From Arcobacteraceae bacterium (lineage in GTDB: Bacteria; Campylobacterota; Campylobacteria; Campylobacterales; Arcobacteraceae), in NCBI GenBank assembly GCA_048268245.1, contig JBLWVX010000002.1, positions 1-64,000 of the forward strand: 64,000 nucleotides of DNA. Direction: 5' to 3'. The notes under the pieces were generated by a model. That model did not search any database. It was not told where the DNA came from and worked only from the letters and a program-made list of their open reading frames with translations. Position numbers and translations under genes: made by a program. Shown piece by piece: positions 18,761-29,013 of this stretch. Numbering within the stretch: the first letter of the stretch is position 1; every line of letters begins with the position of its first letter.

Positions 18761-21562
18761 ATGTCGCTTTCAAGAAGAGATTTCCTAAAAAGCTCTGCAG
18801 CAGCATCAGCAGCAGCTGCAGTTGGTATGAGTGTACCAAAGGAATTACAAGCAAAGGCAGATGCAGCACAAGGTGGCTGGAGATGGGATAAAGCAGCTTG
18901 TAGATTTTGTGGTACTGGTTGTGGGATTATGCTTGCAACTAAAAATGGTAAAATTGTTGCAGTAAAAGGGGATCCTGCAGCTCCTGTAAATAGAGGTCTT
19001 AATTGTATTAAGGGATACTTTAATGCCAAAATTATGTATGGTGCTGACAGATTAAAACAACCTTTATTAAGAGTTAATGCTAAAGGTGAGTTTGATAAAA
19101 ATGGAAACTTCGCTCCTATTTCTTGGAAAAGAGCATTTGATGAGATGGAAGTTCACATCAGAAAAGCTTTAAAAGAAAAAGGTCCTGAAGGTGTTGGTGT
19201 ATTTGCTTCTGGACAATATACAGTTCAAGAAGGTTATGCTGCACAAAAAATGATGAAAGCTGGATTTAGATCAAATGCTATTGATCCAAATGCAAGACAC
19301 TGTATGGCTTCTGCTGTTGTTGGTTTTTATCAAACTTTTGGTATTGATGAGCCATCTGGATGTTATGATGATATTGAACTTACAGATACTGTTGTAACTT
19401 GGGGTTCAAACATGGCAGAAATGCACCCTATTTTATGGTCAAGAGTTACTGATAGAAAACTATCTGATCCTAAAAAAGTAAAAATTGTAAACTTATCTAC
19501 TTATAGACATAGAACTTCTGATATAGCTGATATTGAAATAATTTTCAAACCTAATTCAGACTTAGCTTTATGGAACTATATTGCAAGAGAAATCGTATAT
19601 AACCATCCTGAATCAATTGATTGGGATTTTGTTAAAGAACATATTGTATTTGCAGCAAGTCCTGTTAATATGGGTTATGGTATGAGAAGATCTGATGAAA
19701 AATCAATCAAAGAAGGTAAATATACAGATAAAGAAATGGAAACTATTTCTAAAGAAATGGAAAAAATCGTTTCTGAAGATGAAGCTCCTGCACTTAAACC
19801 TTATGGTTACAAAGCTGGAGATAAAATGGTAAATAAACCAGCTGGATTAAAACACTGGGAAATTTCTTTTGAAGAGTACAAAAAATTCTTAGAACCATAT
19901 ACAGCTGAATATACAACACAAGTTTCAAAAGGTAATCCTGATGAATCTGATGAAGTGTTTATGAAAAAAATCAAAGAATTAGCAGACTTATATATTGAAA
20001 AAAATAGAAAAGTAGTATCATTCTGGACAATGGGTATGAACCAACATACAAGAGGTACATGGGTAAATACTTTAGCATACAATGTTCACTTCTTATTAAA
20101 TAAACAAGCAAAACCAGGTTCTGGTGCATTCTCATTAACAGGTCAACCATCAGCTTGTGGTACAGCAAGAGAAGTAGGTACATTTACTCATAGACTTCCT
20201 GCAGATATGATGGTAAAAAATCCTAAGCATAGAAAAATTGCAGAAAAATCTTGGAAAATTCCTGGTGGAACATTAAACCCTGTTGGAAATCAACATATTA
20301 TGAAAATCCATAGAGATATTGAAGATGGTGTTGTTAAATTTGCATGGGTAAATGTTTGTAATCCTTATCAAGATTCAGCAAGTGCATCTCACTGGATTAA
20401 AGCAGCAAGAAAAATGGATAACTTTATTGTAACTTCTGATGGATACCCTGGTATCTCAGCAAAAGTTTCTGACCTTATCTTACCATCAGCGATGATGTAT
20501 GAAAAATGGGGAGCTTATGGAAATGCTGAAAGAAGAACACAACATTGGAGACAACAAGTATTACCTGTAGGTGATTCTATGTCTGATACATGGCAATGGG
20601 TTGAGCTTTCAAAAAGATTTACAGTAAAAGATTTATGGGGTGAGTATACTCTTAGAAATGGTAAAAAATTAGTAGATGTAACAGCTGAAGCTAAAAAAAT
20701 GGGATACGATGAGAATACTACTATGTATGACATCTTATTTGCAAATGAAAAAGCAAGATCTTACAAACTATCACAAGAGGATGAAATTCAAGCAGGATAT
20801 GATAATACTGATGGATTTGGTGATTCAAGAAATGTAATAGGTTCAGATGGTAAACCATGGAAAGGTTATGGATTCTTTATTCAAAAATATCTATTTGAAG
20901 AATACGCGGAATTTGGTAGAGGTCATGCACATGATTTAGCTGACTTTGATACTTACCACAGAGTAAGAGGACTTAAATGGCCAGTTGTTGATGGAAAAGA
21001 AACACAATGGAGATTTAATACTAAATATGACCCTTATGCAAAAAAAGCAAATCCAAATAGTGATTTTGCCTTCTATGGTAAATTAGCAAAAGCCTTACCA
21101 AAAGGTGATTTAAAAGGTGTTACAGATAAAAATAAAACATCACTTAAAAATAAAGCAAAAATCTTTGCACGACCTTATATGGATGCACCAGAAATGCCAG
21201 ATACTGAATATCCAGTATGGTTAAGTACAGGTAGAGTTTTAGAGCACTGGCATAGTGGAACAATGACTATGAGAGTTCCTGAACTATACAGAGCAGTACC
21301 TGAAGCACTATGTTATATGCACCCTGAAGATGCTAAGAAATATGGTGTTAAACAAGGTGGTTTATGTTGGGTTGAGTCAAGAAGAGGAAGAGTTAAAGCT
21401 AGAGTTGAAACAAGAGGTAGAAATAGACCATCTAAAGGTTTAGTATTTGTTCCTTGGTTTGATGAGAAAGTATTTATCAACAAAGTTTGTGCTGATTATA
21501 CTTGTCCTCAATCAAAACAAACGGACTTTAAAAAATGTGCGGTAAAAATTTATAAAGCATAA
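18761..21562 (+). CDS. napA: Periplasmic nitrate reductase catalytic subunit
   Basis: Tat signal [39 protein letters not shown]. Confidence 0.98.
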   Translation: MSLSRRDFLKSSAAASAAAAVGMSVPKELQAKADAAQGGWRWDKAACRFCGTGCGIMLATKNGKIVAVKGDPAAPVNRGLNCIKGYFNAKIMYGADRLKQPLLRVNAKGEFDKNGNFAPISWKRAFDEMEVHIRKALKEKGPEGVGVFASGQYTVQEGYAAQKMMKAGFRSNAIDPNARHCMASAVVGFYQTFGIDEPSGCYDDIELTDTVVTWGSNMAEMHPILWSRVTDRKLSDPKKVKIVNLSTYRHRTSDIADIEIIFKPNSDLALWNYIAREIVYNHPESIDWDFVKEHIVFAASPVNMGYGMRRSDEKSIKEGKYTDKEMETISKEMEKIVSEDEAPALKPYGYKAGDKMVNKPAGLKHWEISFEEYKKFLEPYTAEYTTQVSKGNPDESDEVFMKKIKELADLYIEKNRKVVSFWTMGMNQHTRGTWVNTLAYNVHFLLNKQAKPGSGAFSLTGQPSACGTAREVGTFTHRLPADMMVKNPKHRKIAEKSWKIPGGTLNPVGNQHIMKIHRDIEDGVVKFAWVNVCNPYQDSASASHWIKAARKMDNFIVTSDGYPGISAKVSDLILPSAMMYEKWGAYGNAERRTQHWRQQVLPVGDSMSDTWQWVELSKRFTVKDLWGEYTLRNGKKLVDVTAEAKKMGYDENTTMYDILFANEKARSYKLSQEDEIQAGYDNTDGFGDSRNVIGSDGKPWKGYGFFIQKYLFEEYAEFGRGHAHDLADFDTYHRVRGLKWPVVDGKETQWRFNTKYDPYAKKANPNSDFAFYGKLAKALPKGDLKGVTDKNKTSLKNKAKIFARPYMDAPEMPDTEYPVWLSTGRVLEHWHSGTMTMRVPELYRAVPEALCYMHPEDAKKYGVKQGGLCWVESRRGRVKARVETRGRNRPSKGLVFVPWFDEKVFINKVCADYTCPQSKQTDFKKCAVKIYKA

Positions 21563-21619
21563 ATAAGGAGGGTGTATTGTTTTGAGCAATATTAATCCTT
21601 CAATTAAAAAGAGTCAAAA

Positions 21620-22423
21620 ATGAAAGCTAGTAAAAAAGAGCCAATTAGTGAGAGAAGAAGATTTTTTCTAAATATTGCAAGAGCAACAGGTCTTGCAATA
21701 TTAGGAGGTCTTACTTGGAGTGCCTATGTTGATGAAGTAAAAGCTTCAAAGCTTATACTAAGACCTCCTGGGGCTTTAAAGGAAGAAGATTTTCTTGCTA
21801 CTTGTATTAAATGTGGTATGTGTGTTGAAGCATGTCCTTTTGATACTTTAAAACTAGCAAAACCAGGTGATAACAAGCCTCTTGGAACACCTTACTTTGA
21901 ACCAAGAGATATTCCTTGTTATATGTGTACAGATATTCCTTGTGTACCTGTTTGTCCTACAGATGCACTTAATTTAAATTCTGTAAAAAATGAGAAAAAT
22001 GAACTAGATATTAATAAAGCTAGAATGGGTGTTGCAGTTATCGATGATAATAGTTGTATAGCATTTTGGGGTATTCAATGTGATGCTTGTTATAGAGCTT
22101 GCCCTTTGCTTGGTGAAGCCATAAGTGTTGAATATACAAAAAATGAAAGAACAGGAAAGCATGCATTTTTAAAGCCAGTTGTTCATGCAGATGTATGTAC
22201 AGGTTGTGGCTTATGTGAAAAAGCTTGTGTTACCCAAAAAGCAGCAATATTTGTTCTTCCTAGAGAAACAGCTTTAGGAAAAGCAGGTGATTATTACATC
22301 AAAGGCTGGGATAAGAATGATGAGAAAAGACTTGAAAATGCTACAAGTAAAAAAAATACAACAGGCATAAATGAAAAGTCAGCACTTGATTCTTTAAATA
22401 GTGGTATGGAGGATTTATATTAA
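21620..22423 (+). CDS. napG: Ferredoxin-type protein NapG
   Basis: Tat-like RRRFF; LRPPGA; multiple 4Fe-4S motifs. Confidence 0.95.
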   Translation: MKASKKEPISERRRFFLNIARATGLAILGGLTWSAYVDEVKASKLILRPPGALKEEDFLATCIKCGMCVEACPFDTLKLAKPGDNKPLGTPYFEPRDIPCYMCTDIPCVPVCPTDALNLNSVKNEKNELDINKARMGVAVIDDNSCIAFWGIQCDACYRACPLLGEAISVEYTKNERTGKHAFLKPVVHADVCTGCGLCEKACVTQKAAIFVLPRETALGKAGDYYIKGWDKNDEKRLENATSKKNTTGINEKSALDSLNSGMEDLY

Positions 22424-23253
22424 TGAAAACTTTAATAAAAAAATATAGATTTCTTATTGCTAGAAGAATCACACAAATTACAATAATGGTTTTATATATT
22501 ATTGCTAATGTATATGGAATAAATATTTTAATGGGGAATTTAAGTAGTTCACTTGTTTTAGAATTAGTTCCTTTAAGTGATCCTTATGCAGTAATGCAAA
22601 TGTTTGTGGCTGGTGCCACTATTTCATTTGACATTATTTTAGGAGCTTTCTTAATCATTTTATTTTATATGATAATTGGAGGAAGAGCTTTTTGTTCTTG
22701 GGTTTGTCCTGTAAATATGATTACAGACTTAGCTAATTTTCTTAGAAGAAAATTAGGTTTCAATCAAATCCAAAAAAAGCAACCTGCTTCAAGAAATATA
22801 AGATATTGGCTTATTGTAATTAGTTTGATAATTTCATTTTTTATGGGTGTAGCAGCATTTGAATTGATTTCTCCTATTTCAATGGTACATAGAGGAATTA
22901 TCTTTAGTCTTGGTTTTGGTTGGGCAACTATATTAGTAATATTTCTTTTTGACTTATTCGTTTTAAAAAATGGATGGTGTGGACATATTTGTCCTTTAGG
23001 TGGTGTTTATTCACAAATAGGAAGGTTTAGTTTTTTTAAAGTTCATCATAATCATGAGACTTGTACAGCTTGTATGAAATGTAAAGAGGTTTGTCCTGAA
23101 AGCCATGTTTTACATATTATTACAAAAAAATCAGCACCTATAATGGGAGCTGAATGTACAAACTGTGGAAGATGTGTTGAAGTGTGTGATGATGATTCAC
23201 TAAACTTTTCCATAAGAAAATTAATAAAGGAAAGAGAAAATGAAGTTCAGTAA
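22423..23253 (+). CDS. napH: Quinol dehydrogenase membrane subunit NapH
   Basis: GRAFCSWVCP, WCGHICPLG, C-terminal 2x4Fe-4S. Confidence 0.95.
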   Translation: MKTLIKKYRFLIARRITQITIMVLYIIANVYGINILMGNLSSSLVLELVPLSDPYAVMQMFVAGATISFDIILGAFLIILFYMIIGGRAFCSWVCPVNMITDLANFLRRKLGFNQIQKKQPASRNIRYWLIVISLIISFFMGVAAFELISPISMVHRGIIFSLGFGWATILVIFLFDLFVLKNGWCGHICPLGGVYSQIGRFSFFKVHHNHETCTACMKCKEVCPESHVLHIITKKSAPIMGAECTNCGRCVEVCDDDSLNFSIRKLIKERENEVQ

Positions 23254-23845
23254 AGTAACAATAGCAATCATAGCTGCTGCAGCAATATTTACTGTAGGGT
23301 GTGCAACAGCAAATAAAACAGTAAGTGAAGAGTCTTTAGGTTTAAGAAAAACAGATTTATACACAGAATCTAATACAACAGGTGATAAAACAAAGTATTC
23401 TGACAAACCAGCAGGAACAAGTACTAAAATTGAAAGAGCCTATGAGAATGCTCCACCGATGATTCCTCATAGTGTAGAAGGAATGTTACCTATTACTATA
23501 AATAATAATCAATGTACAGCTTGTCATGAACCAGCAATTGCTGAATCTATGGGAGCAACTCCAATTCCAAAGTCTCACTTTACAGACTTTAGACCAGAAA
23601 CATCTTTAGCAAAAGATGGTAGAATAGTAAAAGAAGGTAAAAAAATTCAAAATACTATTGATATAAAAACAGTAAGTAAAAACCTACATACACTAGCAGG
23701 TGCAAGATTTAACTGTTCTCAGTGTCATGCTCCTCAATCAGAAGGGAATTTAGTTCCTAAAAATGATTTTAAAGCTGAATTTAGAAGCGAAGGGCTTAAC
23801 AAAAAATCTAACTTAATTGATACAATTAATGAAGGTGTAAAATAA
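23240..23845 (+). CDS. napB: Dihaem cytochrome c subunit NapB
   Basis: APPMIPH, CTACH, RFNCSQCHAPQ. Confidence 0.95.
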   Translation: MKFSKVTIAIIAAAAIFTVGCATANKTVSEESLGLRKTDLYTESNTTGDKTKYSDKPAGTSTKIERAYENAPPMIPHSVEGMLPITINNNQCTACHEPAIAESMGATPIPKSHFTDFRPETSLAKDGRIVKEGKKIQNTIDIKTVSKNLHTLAGARFNCSQCHAPQSEGNLVPKNDFKAEFRSEGLNKKSNLIDTINEGVK

Positions 23846-23846
23846 T

Positions 23847-24326
23847 ATGGAAAGAAGAGAACTTTTTAGTTCTCTTGCTTCATCTTTTACAAAAAAAGAA
23901 AAGCAAGAGAAAATTATAAGACCTCCTTATTTCAAAAATGAAGAGATTTTTTTGACAAACTGTATTGAGTGTAGCGATAAAAAGTGCAGTATTGTTTGTG
24001 AAGAAAATATAATTTTAATATTAAAAAATGGAACACCAGCTATTAGCTTTGAAAATAATGGTTGTAGCTATTGTGATGAGTGTGCAAATGCATGCGAGCA
24101 TGAAGTTTTGAATCTTGAAGATAAAAAAAATATAAATACTAAAATTGAAATTGATCCATTATCTTGTTTAAGCTGGAACCAAACTATGTGTTTTTCATGT
24201 AAAGACCCTTGTTTAGATGATGCAATTGATTTTTTAGCTATGTTTAGACCTGAAATAAATGAAAACTGTACTTCATGTGGTTACTGCATAAAATATTGCC
24301 CCACAAGTGCAATTAAAATAATATAA
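23847..24326 (+). CDS. napF: Ferredoxin-type protein NapF
   Basis: RRELF, IRPPY, four Cys clusters. Confidence 0.88.
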   Translation: MERRELFSSLASSFTKKEKQEKIIRPPYFKNEEIFLTNCIECSDKKCSIVCEENIILILKNGTPAISFENNGCSYCDECANACEHEVLNLEDKKNINTKIEIDPLSCLSWNQTMCFSCKDPCLDDAIDFLAMFRPEINENCTSCGYCIKYCPTSAIKII

Positions 24327-24339
24327 AAAAGGGTTGTAT

Positions 24340-25299
24340 ATGAATATGAATAAGTTTTTTTTCTTTTTAACTTTTCTATTTACTACTTTAAATGCAAATG
24401 AAATAAAACCTTTATTTCAATATGAAGCAAGTGGAGCTGTAACTGAACTTATAGTTAAAGAAAATAAGCTTTATGCTTCTACTGATGCCTCAAGCATAGA
24501 TATATTTAATATACAAACAAAACAAAAAGTTTCAACTATTCTATTCCCTAAAATTAAAGACTTTATGGGAGATATAGTTAATTCAAAAATATATAGTATA
24601 GATATATTGAAAGATAAAATTCTAAGTGTTTCACAAGGTGAAAAAGGTGGCAGAAATTTAACTATTTATGAGAATGGTAAATTTAATACTATTATCTCAG
24701 ATAAAAAAAGAATGTTCATTGCAAAAGCAAAGTTTTTAGATGAAAATAGAATAATTTTTTCATTACTATCAAATGAACTTTATATGTATGATATAAAATC
24801 AAAGAAAAAAGTTCTAAAAGTAGACGTATCTTTATCAAAGTTTTCTGATTTTGTTTTAAATGAAAATAAAAAAAGTGTTATTATTGCTGATGAAAGTGGT
24901 ATTTTAAAAATGCTAAACACAGATAACCTTCAAGTAATTAAAGAATTTAAAAATCAGAACCTAGATAATGTTTTTCAAGTTGACACAAAAAACAATATTA
25001 TAGCAACAGCAGGACAAGATAGAAGAGCTGTTATTTATAATGAGTTAAACAATAATGCACAATATATAAATGCACCATTTTTGATTTATAGTGTAGGACT
25101 AAGCCCAAGTGGTAAAAAAGTAGGCATAGCTTATGACGAAGAAAACAATGTTTTAATTTTTGATACTAAAAGTAAAATAAAAAAATTTATGCTAGTTGAA
25201 AATCTAGCAATTATTTCAAAAATTCTTTTTATTAATGAAAAAGAGCTTTTTATATCAAGTGATGACAAAAAAATAAACTATTATAAAATTAAGGAGTAA
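24340..25299 (+). CDS. napL: NapL, periplasmic WD40-like beta-propeller
   Basis: Signal peptide, beta-propeller-like repeats, position between napF and napD. Confidence 0.8.
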   Translation: MNMNKFFFFLTFLFTTLNANEIKPLFQYEASGAVTELIVKENKLYASTDASSIDIFNIQTKQKVSTILFPKIKDFMGDIVNSKIYSIDILKDKILSVSQGEKGGRNLTIYENGKFNTIISDKKRMFIAKAKFLDENRIIFSLLSNELYMYDIKSKKKVLKVDVSLSKFSDFVLNENKKSVIIADESGILKMLNTDNLQVIKEFKNQNLDNVFQVDTKNNIIATAGQDRRAVIYNELNNNAQYINAPFLIYSVGLSPSGKKVGIAYDEENNVLIFDTKSKIKKFMLVENLAIISKILFINEKELFISSDDKKINYYKIKE

Positions 25300-25302
25300 G
25301 AT

Positions 25303-25689
25303 ATGAATATTTCAAGTATCGTAGTACAAACATTACCAAAGTATATAGATGAAGTTGTGGAATCACTAAAAAAATGTGAAGCATGTGATTATCATATGCA
25401 TGATGAATCAGGAAAAGTAATTATCACAATTGAAGGTGAAAATGTTGAAGAGGAACTAAAAAAGTTAAAAGTTATTGAAAGTATTCCTCATATAGCAAGT
25501 GCTGATATGCAAATGGCCTACAGTGAAGAAGAGTTAAGTTCTCACCTAGAAGTACTTGATAATGCAGAAGCTGTTCCAAAAATTCTAAATGAGAAAGACA
25601 TTGATCCAAAAGATATAGTTTATAATGGTGACTTAAAAAGAAAAGACTTAATAGGGTTTACAAAAGCATTTGATAATACAGGAGAATAA
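25303..25689 (+). CDS. napD: NapA signal-peptide chaperone
   Basis: MNISSIVVQT, GKVIITIEGE. Confidence 0.92.
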   Translation: MNISSIVVQTLPKYIDEVVESLKKCEACDYHMHDESGKVIITIEGENVEEELKKLKVIESIPHIASADMQMAYSEEELSSHLEVLDNAEAVPKILNEKDIDPKDIVYNGDLKRKDLIGFTKAFDNTGE

Positions 25690-25690
25690 T

Positions 25691-26143
25691 ATGCAATATA
25701 ACTCAAGTCATTTTTTATGTGAAACTATTGTTCCTAAAGATGAAATTATTGTATCAAGAACAGATTTAAAAGGTATTATTACTTATGTAAATGATACCTT
25801 TGCTCAAATCTCAGGTTATGAAGCTGATGAATTAATTGGAGAGCATCACAATATAGTAAGACATCCTGATATGCCTAAAACGGTATTTAAAGAATTATGG
25901 GAAAGTCTACAAAAAAATGCTAAATGGAGTGGATATATAAAAAACCTTAGAAAAGATCAAGGATTTTATTGGGTTTATGCAGAAATATCTGGTGTATATA
26001 AAGAAAATAAATTAGTTGAATATAAATCACTTAGAACTCCTATTACTTTTGAAAAAAAACTAGAATACCAAATTAAATATGATAAATTAAGACTAAACAC
26101 AAATGACTATGTAAGAAAAGTAATTTATGAAAAGATAAACTAA
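25691..26143 (+). CDS. Stand-alone Aer/CetB-like PAS protein
   Basis: SRTDLKGIITYVN, NIVRHPDMP, KNLRKDQGFYWV; ATG 25691 after GGAG. Confidence 0.85.
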   Translation: MQYNSSHFLCETIVPKDEIIVSRTDLKGIITYVNDTFAQISGYEADELIGEHHNIVRHPDMPKTVFKELWESLQKNAKWSGYIKNLRKDQGFYWVYAEISGVYKENKLVEYKSLRTPITFEKKLEYQIKYDKLRLNTNDYVRKVIYEKIN

Positions 26144-26180
26144 TTTATATTTTGTTCACAATTCTATTGTATTATTAAAT

Positions 26181-26552
26181 ATGAAAAAGATACTATTAAT
26201 AATATCCTTAACAATACAACTTTTCGCCACACCAAATATCAAAGCCTATGCTATTGGAATTTTTGATAGAAATGGTGATGGTGAAAATATTCAACATCTA
26301 AGAAAAACAAAAAATGATTATGAAGGATTATGTTATTCAAAAGTAGTTGTTTTCTCAAAATCAAATGTAAGTACTCCTCAAGTAAATATAGGTAATTCAA
26401 GAGGTCATTTTTTGAAATCTATTCCCATTTATAATAAGTATAAAATCAAAATAGCTCAAGAGTTTACATTTAAACATTTTAATATTACTAAGGGATATTT
26501 TGAAGTAAGAATTGATAGTAAACTATATGATAGTAAAGTATTTGTAAAATAG
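26181..26552 (+). CDS. Hypothetical exported protein
   Basis: 123 aa with signal-peptide-like MKKILLIISLTIQLFA. Confidence 0.65.
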   Translation: MKKILLIISLTIQLFATPNIKAYAIGIFDRNGDGENIQHLRKTKNDYEGLCYSKVVVFSKSNVSTPQVNIGNSRGHFLKSIPIYNKYKIKIAQEFTFKHFNITKGYFEVRIDSKLYDSKVFVK

Positions 26553-26812
26553 ATTTAATAACAAAATTCAACTTAAGCTTAATAATATTTTTCATAATAG
26601 TTACATATTAATTACAAATCATTAAAGTAAATAACTTTTTACCAAATTTAGATTATATTAAATTAGTTTTCTTTAATATAAAAAAACATTATACTTGCAT
26701 AGCATCAAAAGCCTATTTTTAGGATTTTTCAACACAAACAACATAATTAGATATTTATTTTCAATAGAAGTAAAATCAAAAATACTTATTAAAAATGAAT
26801 ACCTATTCATAT

Positions 26813-26830
26813 TCTTGATCTAAATCAAGA
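26813..26830. promoter_or_regulatory. Crp/Fnr-type operator upstream of nrfH
   Basis: TCTTGAT-CTAA-ATCAAGA, perfect TTGAT-N4-ATCAA, upstream of TATAAT. Confidence 0.85.
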
Positions 26831-26881
26831 TTTTAAAAAAATATAAATTTTATAATTACGATGTAACTTAAAGGATTATTG

Positions 26882-27421
26882 ATGAAAAAAAATCAGAAAG
26901 TTGTAATTTATGGCTCAATTTTAAGTCTTCTTATTGCCACTTCTCTTTTTGTTTACACTGTTTATGCATCAAATATGCTGTCATATTTATCAAGTGACCC
27001 CAAAGCCTGTATTAATTGTCACACAATGAATTCAGCTTATGCTACTTGGGAAAAAAGTTCACATAAAAATGTTGCAGGATGTATTGATTGTCACCTACCT
27101 GTAGGGGATGCTATAGCTAAATATCAAGCTAAAGCAATAGATGGGTGGAATCACTCCGTTGCATTCACTCTAAATACCTATAAGAATAATATTCAAATAG
27201 GTGAAGATGGAGCAAGCCGTGTGCAAGCAAATTGTGTTAGATGTCATGCAAGTGAAAATGCAACACTAAAAATGAATGCTGAGAAATATCACAATATAGA
27301 AGAAGGAAGTCTTGAAAATAGTAGAAAATGTTGGGAGTGTCACAAATACGTGCCACATGGAAAAGTTAGAAGTTTAATTTCAACTCCATACAATCTTGGA
27401 ATTAAAGAACAAATGAAATAG
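26882..27421 (+). CDS. nrfH: Tetrahaem cytochrome c quinol dehydrogenase
   Basis: N-terminal TM; CINCH, CIDCH, CVRCH, CWECH. Confidence 0.95.
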   Translation: MKKNQKVVIYGSILSLLIATSLFVYTVYASNMLSYLSSDPKACINCHTMNSAYATWEKSSHKNVAGCIDCHLPVGDAIAKYQAKAIDGWNHSVAFTLNTYKNNIQIGEDGASRVQANCVRCHASENATLKMNAEKYHNIEEGSLENSRKCWECHKYVPHGKVRSLISTPYNLGIKEQMK

Positions 27422-27430
27422 AGGTTCGTT

Positions 27431-28921
27431 ATGAAAAAATACAAAATACTACTTGTTATAAGTATAATAGCAATTGGTTTAATGTCTGCGTTAATAGCTT
27501 CAATTAATGAGAAAAAAGTAGAACAAGCACAATTAAAAGAAGTACCCAAAATTGATAGATGGGAAACAAAAAATGAAGAGTTTAGAAAACACTATCCAAG
27601 ACAATTTGATTCTTGGAAAGAAACAAAATACTCTGATAAAATAGAAGATATGCTGAAAAAATATCCTGAACTCGTAGTTTTATGGGCAGGATATGGTTTT
27701 GCGAAAGATTACAATGCTCCAAGAGGGCACTTCTATGCCATAGAAGATAATAGAAACACATTAAGAACAGGTGCTCCTGTTGATGAAAAAACAGGACCTA
27801 TGCCAACAGCATGTTGGACTTGTAAATCTCCTGATGTTCCAAGAATAATGGATAAAGAAGGGGATATGGAGTACTTCACTGGCAAGTGGTCTAAATATGG
27901 TTCTGATATTATAAATCCTATTGGGTGTGTTGACTGTCACAATCCAAAAACAATGGAGTTACAAGTAAATAGAGAATATTTAAATACAGGTCTTAAAGCA
28001 GCAGGGAAAAAACCTTTAGAGGATGCAACTCAACAAGATATGAGATCAATGGTTTGTGCTCAATGTCATGTTGAATACTACTTCAAAAAAACACCTCTTG
28101 CTGATGGCAAAAAAGCTGCGGTCGTTACTTTACCATGGGGAGAAGGAACTTCAGTAGAGTCAATGGAAAAATATTATGATAATTTAGAGTTTAAAGATTG
28201 GACTCATAAAATATCTAAAGCACCAATGTTAAAAGCACAACATCCTGGTTGGGAAATGTGGGAAACTGGAGCACATGGAAGAAATAATGTTTCTTGCGCA
28301 GATTGTCATATGCCTTACACTCAAGAAGGTGGTATAAAATATACAGACCATAATATTGGTAATCCACTTGAAAATATGGATAAGTCTTGTATGAATTGTC
28401 ATAGAACAAGTGAAAAATCTCTTTTAGATAATATTAATAAAAAGAGAGAAAGAAAAGATAATTTACATAAAAAAGCTATGACAGCTATTGCAAATGCTCA
28501 CTTAGAAGCTGGAAAAGCTTGGGAAATTGGAGCAACAAAAGAAGAGATGGCACCTATACTAAAAGACATAAGACATGCTCAATGGAGATGGGACTATGCA
28601 GTAGCTTCACACCCTGCTTTCTTCCATGCACCAGAAGAAACATTAAAGATATTAGGTACATCTATAGAAAAAGCAGGAAATGCTAGAATAAAATTAGCTA
28701 AAGTATTAGCTAAATATGGAGCTAGTGATTATGTAGCACCTGAAATTAAAGATAAAAAACAAGCACAAGAAATCATTGGTTTACCATTTGAAAAACTTGT
28801 TGAGGATAAGAAAAAATTCCAAAAAGGTTTAATGCAAGAGTGGAAAAAAGAAGCTGAAGAAAAAGGTTTATATAATCCAGAGTCAACTAAAAATTTAGAA
28901 GATAAAACTTCTTATAACTAA
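27431..28921 (+). CDS. nrfA: Ammonia-forming cytochrome c nitrite reductase
   Basis: CWTCK active-site motif plus four CxxCH; KAQHP. Confidence 0.98.
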   Translation: MKKYKILLVISIIAIGLMSALIASINEKKVEQAQLKEVPKIDRWETKNEEFRKHYPRQFDSWKETKYSDKIEDMLKKYPELVVLWAGYGFAKDYNAPRGHFYAIEDNRNTLRTGAPVDEKTGPMPTACWTCKSPDVPRIMDKEGDMEYFTGKWSKYGSDIINPIGCVDCHNPKTMELQVNREYLNTGLKAAGKKPLEDATQQDMRSMVCAQCHVEYYFKKTPLADGKKAAVVTLPWGEGTSVESMEKYYDNLEFKDWTHKISKAPMLKAQHPGWEMWETGAHGRNNVSCADCHMPYTQEGGIKYTDHNIGNPLENMDKSCMNCHRTSEKSLLDNINKKRERKDNLHKKAMTAIANAHLEAGKAWEIGATKEEMAPILKDIRHAQWRWDYAVASHPAFFHAPEETLKILGTSIEKAGNARIKLAKVLAKYGASDYVAPEIKDKKQAQEIIGLPFEKLVEDKKKFQKGLMQEWKKEAEEKGLYNPESTKNLEDKTSYN

Positions 28922-28925
28922 GAAT

Positions 28926-28950
28926 AAAAAAGAGGCTATCCCTCTTTTTT
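28926..28950 (+). terminator. Terminator/hairpin between nrfA and nrfI
   Basis: AAAAAAGAGG-ctatc-CCTCTTTTTT. Confidence 0.75.
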
Positions 28951-29013
28951 ATTTTTTATTTCTTTTTAATATAAGAACTAATACAACTACAAACAATTAT
29001 ATATGGATCAATT

